The notes beneath the pieces are model-generated. The model searched no databases. It was not told the origin of the DNA and saw only the letters and a program-made list of their open reading frames with translations. From positions 124,186,001 through 124,250,000 of the forward strand of contig NC_086098.1 of assembly GCF_963921235.1 (NCBI RefSeq): a stretch of 64,000 nt of DNA. The letters are read 5' to 3'. The position numbers and the translations under genes are program-made. Each line of letters begins with the position of its first letter. The stretch's first letter is position 1. Below, one piece after another: positions 40,079 to 53,640 of this stretch. The stretch is from Mobula hypostoma (Eukaryota).

Positions 40079-42212
40079 AAGAGAAGTAAATATTTTGTCT
40101 GTCTTCTGAAAGACAGAAATTCCTCTTGGAAAGAATGGAGATCTGAAGAGAATGGGTTTGAAAACAAAGCGTTTTGAGGGGAAAATAATCAAAAAGTTAA
40201 TGGGTCTGGAAGTCAGCAGGACATGATTTGCAACCAGGGATGGAGACGGTGAATGCCTAAGTTTTCATTTTGAAAATTATATAAATTCTCTAAAAGTTCC
40301 CATAGAATGGAAGATACAAAATTGTAATGCCAATATTTACCAAGAAGGGAAGGTGATCAGTTAGATATCAGTAGTCGAGAAAATGCAGTTAAATGTCCTG
40401 TTTCATTTCCACAGCTACCTCGGTGATTGGAATAATAATTGTGGACCAAGCCACACCATCATGTTGTCAGGAACACAAAAACAGGAATATTGGAGCAAGA
40501 GCAGGCCATTTGTCCCCTGAAGCCTGCTCTGCCATTCAATATGATCATGGCTGATTTATGTTAGTCCTCTCTGTGCCAGTTCCCCATAACCGTTAATTCT
40601 GAGATTTTACGAATATTTCTCTATCTCAAACTTATGATCCAGCATCCACTGCTTCAGGAGAGAACTTTAGAGATCTGCCTGCCCCTTATTTTATAACTAT
40701 GCCCCTTGTTCATGATTCTCCTATGAGAAGAGCACTGTGTCTATCTTGTCAAGTCCCATTACGTCTTCTGTGTTTGAATAAGGTCACTGCTCACTCTTCT
40801 GAGCTCCAGAGAATACAGGCCCAAGTCCAGCCTCTATTGGTAGGACAGCCCTCTCATTCCAGGAATTAGCCTGGTGAACCTTAGTGTGTTCATGTGGCTT
40901 TAGGCTAACATATAAAGTTGTTGACATTAGAAATAGTGCCTCTATTTTACTTGTATTGTTGTTTTTGATTGTAGCTAGCCTTCTCCCTTGTACTCATTTA
41001 TCAGTGACTGTTCCATTTTCTTGTTAACATTGCTTTTTGGACGTATAGTCTCTTGACATGTTGCTTCTAATTAAATTCAGGAAGTTGCAAATAGACATTA
41101 TTTTTCTGCTTATTGCTGTATCAGATCTTGCATTGCATTGAAATTATGGAGAACAGCCTTGTTGCCCAGAAAGTGCAACAGTGCTTCTACTTCCTCAGGA
41201 GTTAAAGAAATTTGACCTTTTTATCGATACACCGTAAAAAACATTTCATCTGGTTGCATCACAACTTGGTACGGCAATTCTTCTATGCCAGTGACTGCAA
41301 GAAACATAGTCAAAGACCTCATTTACCCCAGACATCTCTCTTCTCTCCCCCCACCTCCCCAATCTGGCATTTATAAGACTTGGGACAGTTCCCTTGTACA
41401 ATAAGATGGACGTGTGACCTCACATTCTACCTTGTTATGGCTTTGCGCCTTGTTGTCTACCTGCACTGCAGTGTCTCTGTGACTCTAATACTTCATTCTG
41501 CTTTCTGTTAATTACTTTTCCCTTGTACTACCTCAGCATACTAACGTGATGAACTGACCTGTAAGGTTTTTCCACTATATCTGTGAAAATAATATACCAA
41601 GGTACAGGGCAGGTTGGTTTATATGACAAGAATAAATCAATTTTCGCCTGTGTACCTCCTATCTTACCGCGTCTCATTGTGTGGAAAGAGTCTTTGAGGT
41701 AGAGTGGTGCAACCTCGAAGAGCCAGATTCCGGTGTTCAATCCTCGCGATTGGTGAGGTCTCCATGGAGTTTGCACTGTGACCACATGGGTTTCCCCAGC
41801 TGCCCTCATCTCCTCCCACATCCCAGCCATGTGCAGGCTGGCAGGTGAAATTTCCCCTAATCTATTTGTGATTGGTTGAACTCGGGGAGTAGTGAGGAAA
41901 TGGGGGAATTAAAAAAAGACTAATTGTAAGATTAATGTAAATAAGTGATTGATGGTTGGCACTGACTTGCTGGGTTGAAGGACCTGTTTTCATGTTGAAA
42001 CCCTCTATTCGTACCTATTGTGTGTGTCTTTTAATGTATGATCTTTTCCTGAACTATTGTCAGTCTCAATCACATTCTCACCCCTTTGGTTTGTATCTGT
42101 TGAAATTATGGTGACCGTCTAGTGTTTAGAGCCTCTATTATTGGTTAAGCTTCACAGAACAGAACAACTTGAAGCTGTTGACTTAAAGTTCATGGTTCTT
42201 GTTTCCTTGCAG

Positions 42213-42579
42213 GATGGGAGTGGAGGATTTGGAAGAATCTGGGAGTTCTGATGAGGAGTATGTGGCAGAGTGTAGCTCCTCCAAGTCTTTGTCTTGCCCT
42301 GAGAGTTCTGTGGGGCAGGTGAGTGTTGAAAGCAGTGGTGTTGATGGTGTGAGAGACTGTGCTCCTGCACCCAGTATTGAAGCTTGTGTGCCTGAGCCAA
42401 TCTGCAAACCTCAGAGTGAACCCGGACAAGTGGATCCAGGACCCAGTAACGAAGTGGAAGCAGAGAGTTTGGTCTCGCAAGAAAATGAACAACCTGAAAC
42501 GGAAGAGGGCACTGAAAATAGTCCTAAAGAAATGGAGAAGCCGGCAGATAAAGGAAACGATGTGAATCTACCAGCAACA
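42213..42579 (+). CDS. SDE2: SDE2 exon 6 (acidic low-complexity region)
   Basis: ttccttgcAG acceptor, GTAAGT donor at 42580; 367 nt; (W)MGVEDLEESGSSDEEY..NLPAT. Exons 1-6 total 975 nt (325 codons) with no stop. Confidence 0.88.
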
Positions 42580-43519
42580 GTAAGTACTGATTACATAGAT
42601 CCATTTGAGTACAGAACTCAGGCCCTTTACCTCATTAGTCCATGCCAACCAAGATGCCCATTGAGCCAAACCCATTTGCCCGTATCCCTCTAAACCTTTC
42701 CTATCTATGTTCCTATGTCAATCATTTCCTCTGACAACCCATTCCACATACTGACCATGACCACCCTTTGAGTGAAAAGATTGCCCATCGGGTTCCAATG
42801 AAATCTCTCCCCCTCATCTTGAATCCATAGCTTCTAGTTCCCCAATCCTGGGAACCATTTATGCCAATCACAGTCTCCCCACATTCCCGTCAACTCTCCC
42901 CATCCCAGATTTCTACTGCTCACCTAGACAGAGAGCACCTGACGTCAGGATTGAACTCTGGCAACTGGAGTTGTGATGCATCTGCTCCACCGGCTGTGTC
43001 ACAGAGGCACCTTCAAGATATTGCACGTTTCCTCAACTCATATATCAATAAAGTGATTGTCAACCCCAGAGGAACATTAGAACCTTTGTCCTCTTCAGCA
43101 AGTTCCACTTTCAACAAGGTCCTTATTAATCACCCACCTCTTACATGATTTTCTTGCCCTATTTCTGTGTTGCCTGGTTCCTCAAGTATCTTGTAGTCTC
43201 TGCTTTGAATGAACCTGCTGTCAACTCTCCGGAACAGAAAATATGAATGGTTCATTTCCTCTGGGTGAAGAAAATTCTTAATTTAGTGTTAAATGGATTA
43301 CTCCTGACTCTTAAGATTGTGTATGACAAACAATTAGAAGTAGCACTAGGCTACTGGGCCCTTCAAACCTGTACTGTCATTAGTATGATCATGGCTGATC
43401 TAACTTAGCCCTCAGATGTCCCTAATCTTTCAAAAATTTAGCTACCTCTACTTTAAATACATTTAACAATGTAGTTTCCCAAGTCACAGCACATTGGATC
43501 AGAAAATTCCTTCTCTTAG

Positions 43520-44170
43520 AAGAATTGGGAAGGCAAATCAAGACAGTAGGTCTCTGGGACCTAGGAGTACAAGTATATGGTGACACAAAAGTGGCATTGC
43601 AGCTAGAAAGGGTGGTGAAGAAGGCTTTTAGCATGTTGCCCTTCATCAGTCAAGGCATTCACTATAGAAGTTGGAATGTTATGTTGCAGTTACTACAAGA
43701 CGTTGATGAGGCTGTACCTGGAATATCATGTTCAATTTTGGCCATCCTACTAGAGAAAAGATGCCGTTAAGTTAGAAAGAGTGCAGAAAATATTTATGAA
43801 GATATTGGCAAGGACTCAAAGGATTGAATTATAGGCAACAGTTGACAGGCTGGCACTTTATTTATTGGAGCATTAGAGAATTGGGGGTGGTTTTCATGGA
43901 GGTGTATAAAATCATGAGGGGCCTAGGAAGGGTGATTACATGCAGTTTTATTTTTTTCCCAGCGTTGAAGAATTAAGGACTAGGAGTCATAAGTTTGAAG
44001 TGAGAGGGGAGAGATTAATGGGGTGGTTTGTGTACAGAGTGAGATGTCTGAGGAAGTGATTGAGACAGGTACATTAACAACATTTAGAATGGTCAAGTGT
44101 GGGCAAATAGGCATCTTGGTCAGCATAGACTGGTTGGGCTGAAGGACCTGCTTGCATACTGTAATACTAT
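43520..44170 (+). mobile_element. CR1 LINE 3' fragment
   Basis: DLGVQVYGDTKVALQLERVVKKAFSMLPFISQGIHYRSWNVMLQL peptide; CR1 tail at ~44135-44165. Confidence 0.8.
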
Positions 44171-45951
44171 GAGAAATTTCTAGGTAGATTGGCTTTAAAT
44201 GACTGGCCCTGATCTTGAAACTCGTTTGATTTGAGATTCTTCCACTTGTGGACACTGTCATGCCCCCTTGGGATTTTGTATATTTCATTAAGATTATTTT
44301 CTAAACAGTGATCTCTAGTTTTCAGATATGGAAAACTGCCTTACTATATATTATAGTTTGTGTATTTTCACAATATGACCTCCATCTCTGAAACTCTAAA
44401 GAATAGAGATCTCATCTACTCAGTCCCTCATGACGCGAAAGACCCACCACCCCAGGAATTCGTTTGATAAATCTTTATGTCACTCTCGTGGCAAGTACAA
44501 ATGCAATGAGCTGGTTAAAGCCTAGTCTCCTCTTCTGATGATACCACCTCTGTCCAACCTTGGGAGCCTGTGGTGTATTGTTGCAGGTGAACCAGACGTG
44601 TACACCATTGCAGCAATTCCTTGGCACTCCCACAGAACGTCACTCTAACCTGTTTCCTAGGAATTTGGACTGTGGATAACTGATCTCAGTTAACACATGA
44701 TAATTGTCTGATGCAGGGGTGTGAATGGGATGGGCCAGCTATGATCCTTAAGGTTATGTTATACCATTGTGGGAACCTTCAGGAGAGGGAAAAGCACCAC
44801 TGACCAAGAAACTCTGAATCTGAGGTATCTGTCTATTTTTATTGTGATTTCTGTTTCAGTTACAGCTAGGAGCTCAGACCGAGATAAAACTATCAATTTG
44901 AGGTGGGGCAGGGACCTATATTATCCCGATGGGGTTCAGAAAACACTTTTCAAAGAAGGAAACCTGTTTAGTGATAGTTTATTGACATCTAGCAGGTATA
45001 GTCAGATCCCACCTGAGTCTGGATCTCTGACCCTTACCTGATAGGATCTGACTGATACCTGTTGGGTACCACTAAAACTATAAGCCCTTGGGCTAGGACT
45101 AGATGTGGCCTGATTTGTATTTTGTTTTGAGCAGATCTCCAGCCTTGTGTGTAATGGTTATAAGCCACTTTTTTGGGGATGGAGTTAAATAGCCAAGCTG
45201 GTCGATGTGGTTTGCCCCACATGCTTTGAAGGACAAACCTGGAGCCCTGGTGATGCAGAAGCTGACCTCGCTGTGTCTGGTTAAGTGGTAGTAATGTAGA
45301 AGTTGTGTCTGTTACTGCTCTCCTCCAGCCTAGAACATGAGAACAGCACAGAAACTGGCCCTTCAGCCCACAATCAGTGTCGGACATGATGCCAAATTAA
45401 ACTCAATCTCTTCTGCCTGTTAGTGATCCATATCCCTCTATTCCCTCTATTTTCACGTGCTTGTCCAAAAGCCTCTTATATGCCACTATCGTATCTGCTT
45501 CCACCACTACCTCTGACAGCTCATACCGGGCACCTACCACTTTCTGAAGTTAAAAAAATTATTGCCTCGCCCATCTCCCTCAGACTCTCCCTCTCTCACC
45601 TTGTATGCACGCCCTCTAGTTCATCCCCTCACCCAAAATTCTCCACGCACTGTACTTCCTCATTTTGTCCATCTGTCAACTCTTGTCATTGTCATGTTAA
45701 TACAAGTTCTGCCTATTTGCATTCAGACTGATTCTGTAGCCTCTCTCTCAATTGCTGATTCTATTGTATATGTAAGACTGTAGTCTGGACAATAGCATGA
45801 GAAATACTGCTTAAAATTTTTACCTGGCCCACCTGCCCTTCCATTAACTTTGTAAGGAATTGACTCTAGCCAATAGGTGTCATTGATATTAAATTTAGTT
45901 ACCAAAGAAAATAGAAAGAAAATAGTAAAAATATACATTTTCAAATTCCAC

Positions 45952-45968
45952 TATTTACATAAAGTGCT
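45952..45968 (-). promoter_or_regulatory. miR-430/427/302 (and miR-17 family) seed site abutting a Pumilio element in the LEFTY 3'UTR
   Basis: Minus strand AGCACTTTA+TGTAAATA, 80 nt after the stop codon. Confidence 0.65.
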
Positions 45969-46047
45969 TTCTGAATTGCATTTCTGCTTTCACAGGAGAT
46001 TTAAGGGAAATAGGTGTCATGTGTTGCATAGTCCTTTGAAGTTGCTG

Positions 46048-46369
46048 CTATATGACCGAGACATTGTTGGTGGTACAGCCACACTTCTCGGTTATCATGT
46101 TGGGGAACTCAGCCACTTCGATCTCTGTGTAATTGCCCGTCTTCACCAGGTACATCACGGGCAGCGAGGCGCTCTCCACCGCCACACAGCTCCTCTCTCC
46201 GTAGTCAAAGGGCCGTTGTGGCTGCTTGCAACCCCCAAGGCAGCGGAAGGCCTGGTAGCCAGGGGGCTCAATGATCCAGTACTGGGTCCAGGGCAGGTCC
46301 CGGAAGCTAATGAAGTGCTCCTGCCTGCAGCATGTCCTGCCTTTCTCTGCACCACAGTCGCCAGTGCTC
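46048..46369 (-). CDS. LEFTY: LEFTY exon 4 (TGF-beta cystine-knot domain)
   Basis: CAG acceptor; 322 nt; STGDCGAEKGRTCCRQEHFISFRDLPWTQYWIIEPPGYQAFRCLGGC..EVAEFPNMITEKCGCTTNNVSVI*; no interchain Cys and shortened helix region, typical of Lefty. Confidence 0.97.
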
Positions 46370-47440
46370 CTGGACGTGATAAAACACAAATATTAGTTAC
46401 CAAGTAAAAGCTAAATGGGGTAAATTGTTTCGATACAACAAATTAGTTTGGCTAGATAACATTGCATACTGAATCAAAATCAGCTTTTCATGCTCTTTTC
46501 TGACATGAAAAAATGTCCTTTTAATACCAATACACAAATGTCATAGGATCATGTAAATGTCCTGAGAGAGAGGCTCTCTCACAAATGGCAGGAGGGCAGA
46601 TTAAGCAACTTTTAATTAGATTCCAGTCAGCAGTTAGCTGTCTACTGATGATTTGAAAAGAGTGCAGTCTAAATTTTCTGTAGGGTGTCAGGATGAAGGC
46701 CGAGTTTTTGTTCATGAAACTTGATTGAACTAGTCAGAAAAAAAGGTGTCAAGAATTGTGTACTATTGTGGTTCCATGCAGTTAATTGAAATTGTGACCA
46801 ATACGAATACTCCTGATCTCTTAAACTCAGTTTCACTGTTTGAGGTTCAAAAGATAAATGTTAATCAATTGTGTTATCAGTCAACTGATAGAAGCAAACT
46901 CCACGCATTTTTATAAGAACTGCAAGACTTTTAATTCATCTTCTAGCTGAGATGAGGTAACACTGTACTTCCAAATATAACTTGCAGCCATGTGTTTCAG
47001 TGTGTAGACCCCTGGTTATATGACGGGTTGCATAATTCCTGTCTCAATAATTAACTTTGAAGCAACTTGGCGGAAGTAGAGCTTATTGTGAGTCCGTAGT
47101 AATTGTTTTTGTCTTGCTCTCTACCAGCTGCCAGAAAACAAATTTCAGGACGTATGTCAGTGATAATAAAACTGATTCTACTTTGATTGTGGTAACAAAC
47201 AAGAGTTTCTACAACGTAAATGAATGCGGCAGCTTTGTTAATACTGTGCGTCATATCTATTAGATTTTAATTATTTTGTGGCAATGACTGTATAGCTTAA
47301 CATAGGATGTAAAGTTAGACTATGCCTGTTTAATTTCAATGCAGTAAAGTTAATGATTAATTTTGATTATCAGAATAAGCTGTGTGGGGAGAGGGACAAA
47401 ATTGGTTGTTGCCCCAAAAAGTTCCTTAACAAAGACGTAC

Positions 47441-47677
47441 CCATATTCTTCAAGGTTGAGAGTATAGAGGACTAATTCTGGTTTGCCCAGTACTTGGTCA
47501 GCAGCGCTTTGAGTGGTGAAGTGCACCAGTTTGGCTAATTCAGCTGCGTAGCTGCCCGTTCGCTCTGCCTCAACCCAGATTTCCAGGTGCATGGGTGTGT
47601 CTGCACTCTTCATCCAGTAGTACACGGCCTGTGTGATGTCCAAGCTTTCCCATCCGGAGTTGAGGATAGGAACCAAC
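47441..47677 (-). CDS. LEFTY: LEFTY exon 3
   Basis: 237 nt; LVPILNSGWESLDITQAVYYW..GKPELVLYTLNLEEYG; AG/GT boundaries. Confidence 0.97.
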
Positions 47678-49334
47678 CTGGCAAGGCAGAAAGTTTATTA
47701 GTCGATTAATTTGCCTCTTCCTTTTGCACAGTTAAAGGTATTGTGCTGAACCAATGCTAATTGGAATGGTTGCTAGGAACGATGTTTGATGTACATTGTT
47801 ATAAAGTTGAGTTGTACAGCACAGAAACAGTCCCTTTGACCATGTCTTTCCAAGTCCCTTCTGGAGTCTGCTCCATTTGCCTTAAGAACCTGAGAAACAA
47901 AGGATCATTCGAATGTCTGATTTACTGTTGCTTCCCCCCCTCCCCCCCAACTGTAATAGTCAATTATTTCTCTCAATTTTTCATGGAAAATTGCCAAGGA
48001 TGTTGCAAATGGGTAATTAAACTTAAGCAATAGGATAAGAAGCTGAGTGGTTCGCTCGTTCAAAATCTGAAACCACCATTCAGTTTAAGCGCTGTCTTTT
48101 CACTGCAGGCTTGCACATTTTTTCCTTCTGCATGTCCAAGAGCTGTTATTTTAGCTGGTCCCACTATTCATTTGGGATTGGATTCCATGTCATAAGTTTG
48201 CCAAATGAATAAGGTTCTCCCATTTTCTCACATTTTCTTCAAAGGATGTCTTTTTCGAGTTTATAAATGTTTCACGGCAATGGCATTTTAAAATAATGTC
48301 CCCCGAACTTGCTGTGTGCAAACTGTGTTTAAGTGCCATCAAGATTCAGTTTTAATACTGATTTCATTTAAAAGCCATGGTAATTGATTGTGGGTGCCAC
48401 TGTAAGTATCCTTTACTGATTCCATTGTGGACAGAGGCGAATAAACCATTTGCTGCTGTTTGCAACCCTAATCTATTAGAACTTGAGGGCTGCTATGCCC
48501 TGCAGCTCAAATAGATCTTTGCTTGTAAGGCAGCTGTGAAGAATATACATAGTGTGGAGCTGCTGTTTCAAAAGCAGATTGGAAATTTAATTTTAAAAAT
48601 TAGTTTCTACATGAAATTTTACTTTTGAATATTTTGTTCTAGTGTATTAACATTTATACATTTCCAGGCATGCATGTGCAGATGGGTACAATTGACAGGA
48701 TGTTATTATGTGCATCCCACGACATGCAACAGAAGTAAGGAAGTGGGTGATGGTGGGTTGGAGAGAACAGCAGAAATTAGAGAGAAACATCTGGACTCCA
48801 CAACACCAGATTGTTGGTTTGCTGTGGTGTGTAGCCTCCCCTGTGAGGAGAGTACATGTGGTGAGGCCTGTGTGGTTTGGAACTGAAACAAGAAGTGATC
48901 TCATTGAAATGTATAAAATGTTGTGATGAGATCTCATCTGGGAGACCAGGAATAACCATCACAGTGATAAACTGCTCTTTGGAAGAGGGACTAAAGCTGA
49001 AAAATACACTTAGCACTTGGAAGTTTAATCTAAAGTAAATTAAGTAGTCTAGTGGTGTTACAGTAGGTTGTGGTTGTCTAGAGTGACTACAGGTGCTGGA
49101 AGCTGAAGCAACACAAAAAGTGCTGGAAGAACTCAGCAGGTCAAGTAACGTCTATGCATGGAAGTAGGCAATCAACATTTCAGTTCCAGATGCTCCCAGA
49201 AAGTTATCTTTTCGGGTCATCTCTACCCTAAATGTCAACTGTCCATTTCCCTCCATTAATGCTGCCTGACCCACTGAGTTCCTCCAGCTCTTGTATTGGA
49301 GTTAAAATCCCACCCTGAGTTATTTTAGAATTTA

Positions 49335-49740
49335 ACATAAGAAGATAAGAAATAAGAGCAGGAGTAAGCCATCCGGCCCATCGAGCCTGCCCCGCCATTC
49401 AATAAGATCATGGCTGATCTGTCCGTAAACTCAGCTCCACCTACTTGCTCCATAACCCTTACTTCCCTTTTTATGTAAAAACCTATCTAACTGTATCTTA
49501 AATATGTTTAGTGAAGAAGCCTCAACTGCTTCCCTGGGCAGAGAATTCCACAGATTTACCACTATTTGGGAAAAACAGTTTCTCCTCATCTCCGTCCTAA
49601 ATCTTCTCCCCTGAATCTTGAGGCAATGTCCCCTAGTTCTAGTCTCACCTACCAATGGAAACAACTTTCAAAATTTTTGTATGTTTCTATAAGATCCCCT
49701 CTCATTCTTCTGAATTCCAGAGCGTATAGTCCCATTTTTT
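49335..49740 (-). mobile_element. Well-preserved CR1 LINE 3' end in LEFTY intron 2
   Basis: ORF 49431-49664(-) FPLVGETRTRGHCLKIQGRRFRTEMRRNCFSQIVVNLWNSLP; short tandem tail (cataaga-like) at 49336-49356. Confidence 0.88.
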
Positions 49741-50080
49741 TAAAATCTAGTTTTATTTGGAATGGAAATCTCTTGTCACCATGATTGCCCACAGAAGTTG
49801 AAGATTGTTGTAAAAACACTATCAATTAGAATCTGAGTTGTGTAGAGTGGGAACAAAGTCTTCAGCCCGCTGTGTCCATGCCTACCCCTACTAATCACAT
49901 TTGTGTTAATCCCATGACGTTTTGACCTGCTTATTCAAGTGCCCATCTAGGTACCTACTGAATGTTGTTACTGTCCTTACTTCCACCGCCACCTCTGGCA
50001 GCTTACTTCGCTCTTTTATCTAGTGTCCACCAGAGAGAAAACTCAAGGAGTTTGTCCTACACTGATGTGTTTCCTTCCTA

Positions 50081-53040
50081 CGCACACAAAATGCTGACGG
50101 AACTCAGCAAGTCAGTCAGTGTCTATGGATAGGGAATAAACAGTTGCTGTTTTATCTTGGAAAGGAAGGGGCCAGAAGCCAGAATAAGGTAGGAGGGTGG
50201 GGGAAGCAATTCAAGCCGACAGGTGATAGGTGAGATCAGGTAAGGGGGAAGGAGGGTGGGTGGGGGAGGGGTGAAGTAAGAAGATGGAAGATAAGTAGAA
50301 GAGGTAAAGGCTGAAGGAAGGAGGAATCTGATAGGAGAGGAGAGTGGACTATGGAAGAAAGAGGAGGAGGATGGAAACCAGAGTGGGATTGGGCAGGTGA
50401 GAAGAGAAGGGGTGAGAGGGTAACCAGAATGAGGACTGGTAAAGGAGAGGGGTGAAACTGCTGGAAGTTGGAGAAATCAATGTTCATGCCATCAGAACAT
50501 GAATGGAATGTGAAGTGCTGCTCTCCAACCCGTTTAGCCTCATCATGCCAGTCCAGGAGGCTCTGGATAGACATTTCAGAATGGGAAGTCAAACTCAAAT
50601 GTGTTGCCAATGGAAGATGGTGGAAGTTACAGAGAATGATGTGCCGGATATGGATGCTTGTGGGGTGGTAGGTAAGGACAAGGGAAATCCTATCCCTGTT
50701 ATGATGGCGGGGAAATAGGTGAGGGTAAATGTGCAGGAAATGCAGGCAAGGGCAGCATCACTGATAGTGGAAGGGAAACGCCATCCTTTGGGAGGAGAAA
50801 AGGACATCTCAGATGTTCTGGAATGGAAGGCCTCCTCCTGAGAAAAGACACGATAGAGACAGAGGAACTGAGAAAGGAAATAGCATTTTTACAAGTAACA
50901 GGGCGGGAAGGGGTATAGTCAAGATAACTGAGTAAATAGGTTTGTAAAAGATGTCAATAGATAATCTGTCGCCAGAGATTGCAGAAAGGGAGAGAAGTGT
51001 CAGAGATGGGCAGGTAAATTTGAGGGCAGGGTGGAAGTTGGGGGCAAAGTTGATGAAATTGATGAGCTCAGCATGGACACAGGAAGCAGCACTAATGCAG
51101 TCATCAGTGTAACAGAAAAAGTTGGAGAGCATGGACTGTTCCACACGATGAAAAAGTGGGCACAGCAGGGGCCAATGCGTTTGGAGAAAGTGGGAGGAGT
51201 TGAAAGAGTTGAGGGTAAGAACCAGGTTAGCCAGGTGAATGGGGTGATGGTGGAGGGGAACTGGTTAGGTTCTCTTGTTGAGACAGAAGCAGAGTGCTTT
51301 GAGGCCTTTCTGATGGGGACTATATTTCTAAAGTGAAAATGAGGTGATCCAGGCTGGAGAACTGAAGTGATGAAGTGACATGGATATAGGTAGGAAGGGA
51401 CTGAGCAAAGAGGGTTAAAAGGGAGCTGAGGTATGCAGACACAAGCTCAGTGGGGCGGGAACAGGCTGAAACAATAGGCTTACTGGGCAGTCAGGTTTGT
51501 GGATCTTGGGTAGGAGGCAAAAGTAAGCAGTCTGAAAGTAAGGGAATTGTGAGCTTGGCAGTTGATGGGAGATCTTCAGAGTTGATGAGGTGGAGACGGT
51601 GTGGGAGACAATGGCCTGATGCTCCTTTGTCGGGTCCAGTGCAGGGAGTAAGTAAGAGGAGATATCTGAGAGCTGCTGTCCGACCTCAGCAAGGTAGAGG
51701 TCACTCTCCAGACGAAAACAACCACCCCCCCTTCCTGTCAGCAAGCTTGAGTGAAGTTGGTATGGCGAGAGTGGAAGGCAGGTGTGTTCAGAGAGGGTTA
51801 AGTTAGCTTTTTTCTTCATTCTTCTCCCCCCCCCACCCACTTCTCCATCCACCCACCTTCCCCTCACTTTATCACCGATCACCTGCCTGTACTCCTGTAC
51901 TCCTTCCCCTCCCTGCAGATGCCGGACGAGAGCAGCATACAAAGTAAATAGTCGACATTTGGGGCTGAGAGCCTTCGTCAGGGCTGGAAAGGAAGGGGGA
52001 AGAAGCTGGAATATGGAGGTGAGGGGTGGAGAATGAATATAAGCTGGAAGATGATAGGTGAAACCAGGTGGGTGGGGGAGACAGCATGAAGTAAGAAGCT
52101 GGGAGGTGGAAAAGGTAAAGCTCTGGAAAAGAAAGAATTTGATAGGAGAGGAGTGTGGCCATTGGAAAAAGGGAAGTGAAGGAGCACCAGGGGAAAATGA
52201 TAGGCAGGTGAGGAGAAGTAAGAGGGGGCCAGAGTTGGAACTTGAAGAAGAGGGAAGGGGGAGGGGGCAAATTATCAGAAGTTGGAGAGATTGATGTTCA
52301 TGCCATCAGCTTGGAGGCTACCCAGACAGAATATAAGGTGTTGCTCCTCAAACGTGATAGTGGCCTCATTGTGGCAATAGGGGAGGCCTTGGACTGACAT
52401 GTTGGAATGGGAATAGGGATAGGAATTAAAATGGTTGGCCACTGTGAAATCCAGCTCTTTGTAATTGGAGCGAAGGTGTTTGACAAAGCAGTTCCCCGTT
52501 GTACCTTAGGTCCCACCAGTGTAGAGGAGGCTGCATTGGGAGCATTGGATACAGTAGATAACCCCAAAAGATTCACAGGTGAAGTGTTGCCTCACCTGAA
52601 AGGATCGCTTGGGGCCCTGAATGGAGGTGAATGAGCAGGTGTAGCTCTTGTGCTCGCAGTTAGGTGCCAGGAGGGAGTTTAGTGGGTAGGGATGAATAGA
52701 CAAGGAAACCAGGAAGGGAGTGATCTTTCCATAGAGTGGGGAGTGAGGGGGAGGTAGATATGTGTTTGGTGGTCAGGTCCCATTGAAGATGGTGGAAGTT
52801 GCAGGGAATGATGTGCTGGATGTGGAGGCTCACAGGGTGGACGGTGAGGACAAGAAGAACTCTATTCCCATTAAGGTGGGGTGAGGATGGAGGTTCAGGA
52901 AAAGCAGGGGATGCAGGTGAGGGCAGCGTAAATGGTGGGGAAAGGAAAACCCCATTCTTTGAAGGAGGAGGACATCTCTGATGTCCTGGAAAGGAAAGCC
53001 CCATCCTGGGAATAAATGTGGCGGAGTCGAAGGAACTGAG
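50081..53040 (-). mobile_element. Two tandem decayed Penelope-like copies (~50081-51800 with RT remnants; ~51910-53040) separated by a short inverted piece
   Basis: RT remnants LLPKIHKPDCP and CYTDDC..NFHPALKFT; GIY-YIG remnant FTCESFGVIYCIQCSQCSLLY; hammerhead motif 51949-51986 (GAAA>CAAA). Confidence 0.85.
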
Positions 53041-53396
53041 GCTGGGCGTGAAGATAATCATAGGAGTCAGTGTGTTTATACCAGATATCAGTAAAACAAT
53101 ATGTTTTACCATAACCTTATTATGATAATTGTAGCTTTGCACTTTTGTCTATCTGCACTGCATCTAGAAATGCTAGCTTTGCGAATGAAGCTCACTGCCT
53201 TGAGAACAAATGTGTATTTATCAGTTTAAAGAATATGATGATTATTTATTGAATATTTAATTGTTATTGATTAACAATCGGGGAGGAAAAAGCTAATAAC
53301 CCCGTGGGGGAAAGATCAGCTTTAACATTTCTTAAATTGTCTTAACTCAGCTGGGCAAATCCCTGGAACGTATTCCAACATTAGTCTTGCCCTTAC

Positions 53397-53640
53397 CTAG
53401 AGTCGATGAGTGAGGTGCTGTTGGTGCCATCGGCCAGGATCTTGACCCAGTACACACTGACCCTGGCGTTGTTGACAGGCCGGCTGTGTTTCCTGGGAGG
53501 GAGCTCCCCCTTGTGGACGCCCCTCTTGAAGAGCTTGAGCTCTGCCATGGTCACCTCGCTGTTGTCAGGGATCAACCCCTTCATGTCGAAAACCAGCCTC
53601 TGCCTGGTGGGGTCTGAGTACAGCACTTCTCCGGTTGTGC
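53397..53640 (-). CDS. LEFTY: LEFTY exon 2
   Basis: 244 nt; GTTGEVLYSDPTRQRLVFDMKGLIPDNSEVTMAELKLFK..RPVNNARVSVYWV..SLIDSR; donor GTAAGG. Confidence 0.97.

Noticed and set aside
44769-45041. Candidate SDE2 last exon (DKTINL resembles DKETIDL)
   Set aside because: No SAP motif follows, and the nearby AG acceptors give a different frame for a phase-0 junction.
53480-53500. Imperfect second furin site in LEFTY (RKHSR)
   Set aside because: Similar sequences occur in fish Lefty proteins as recalled, and the first RRRR site is intact; not unusual.
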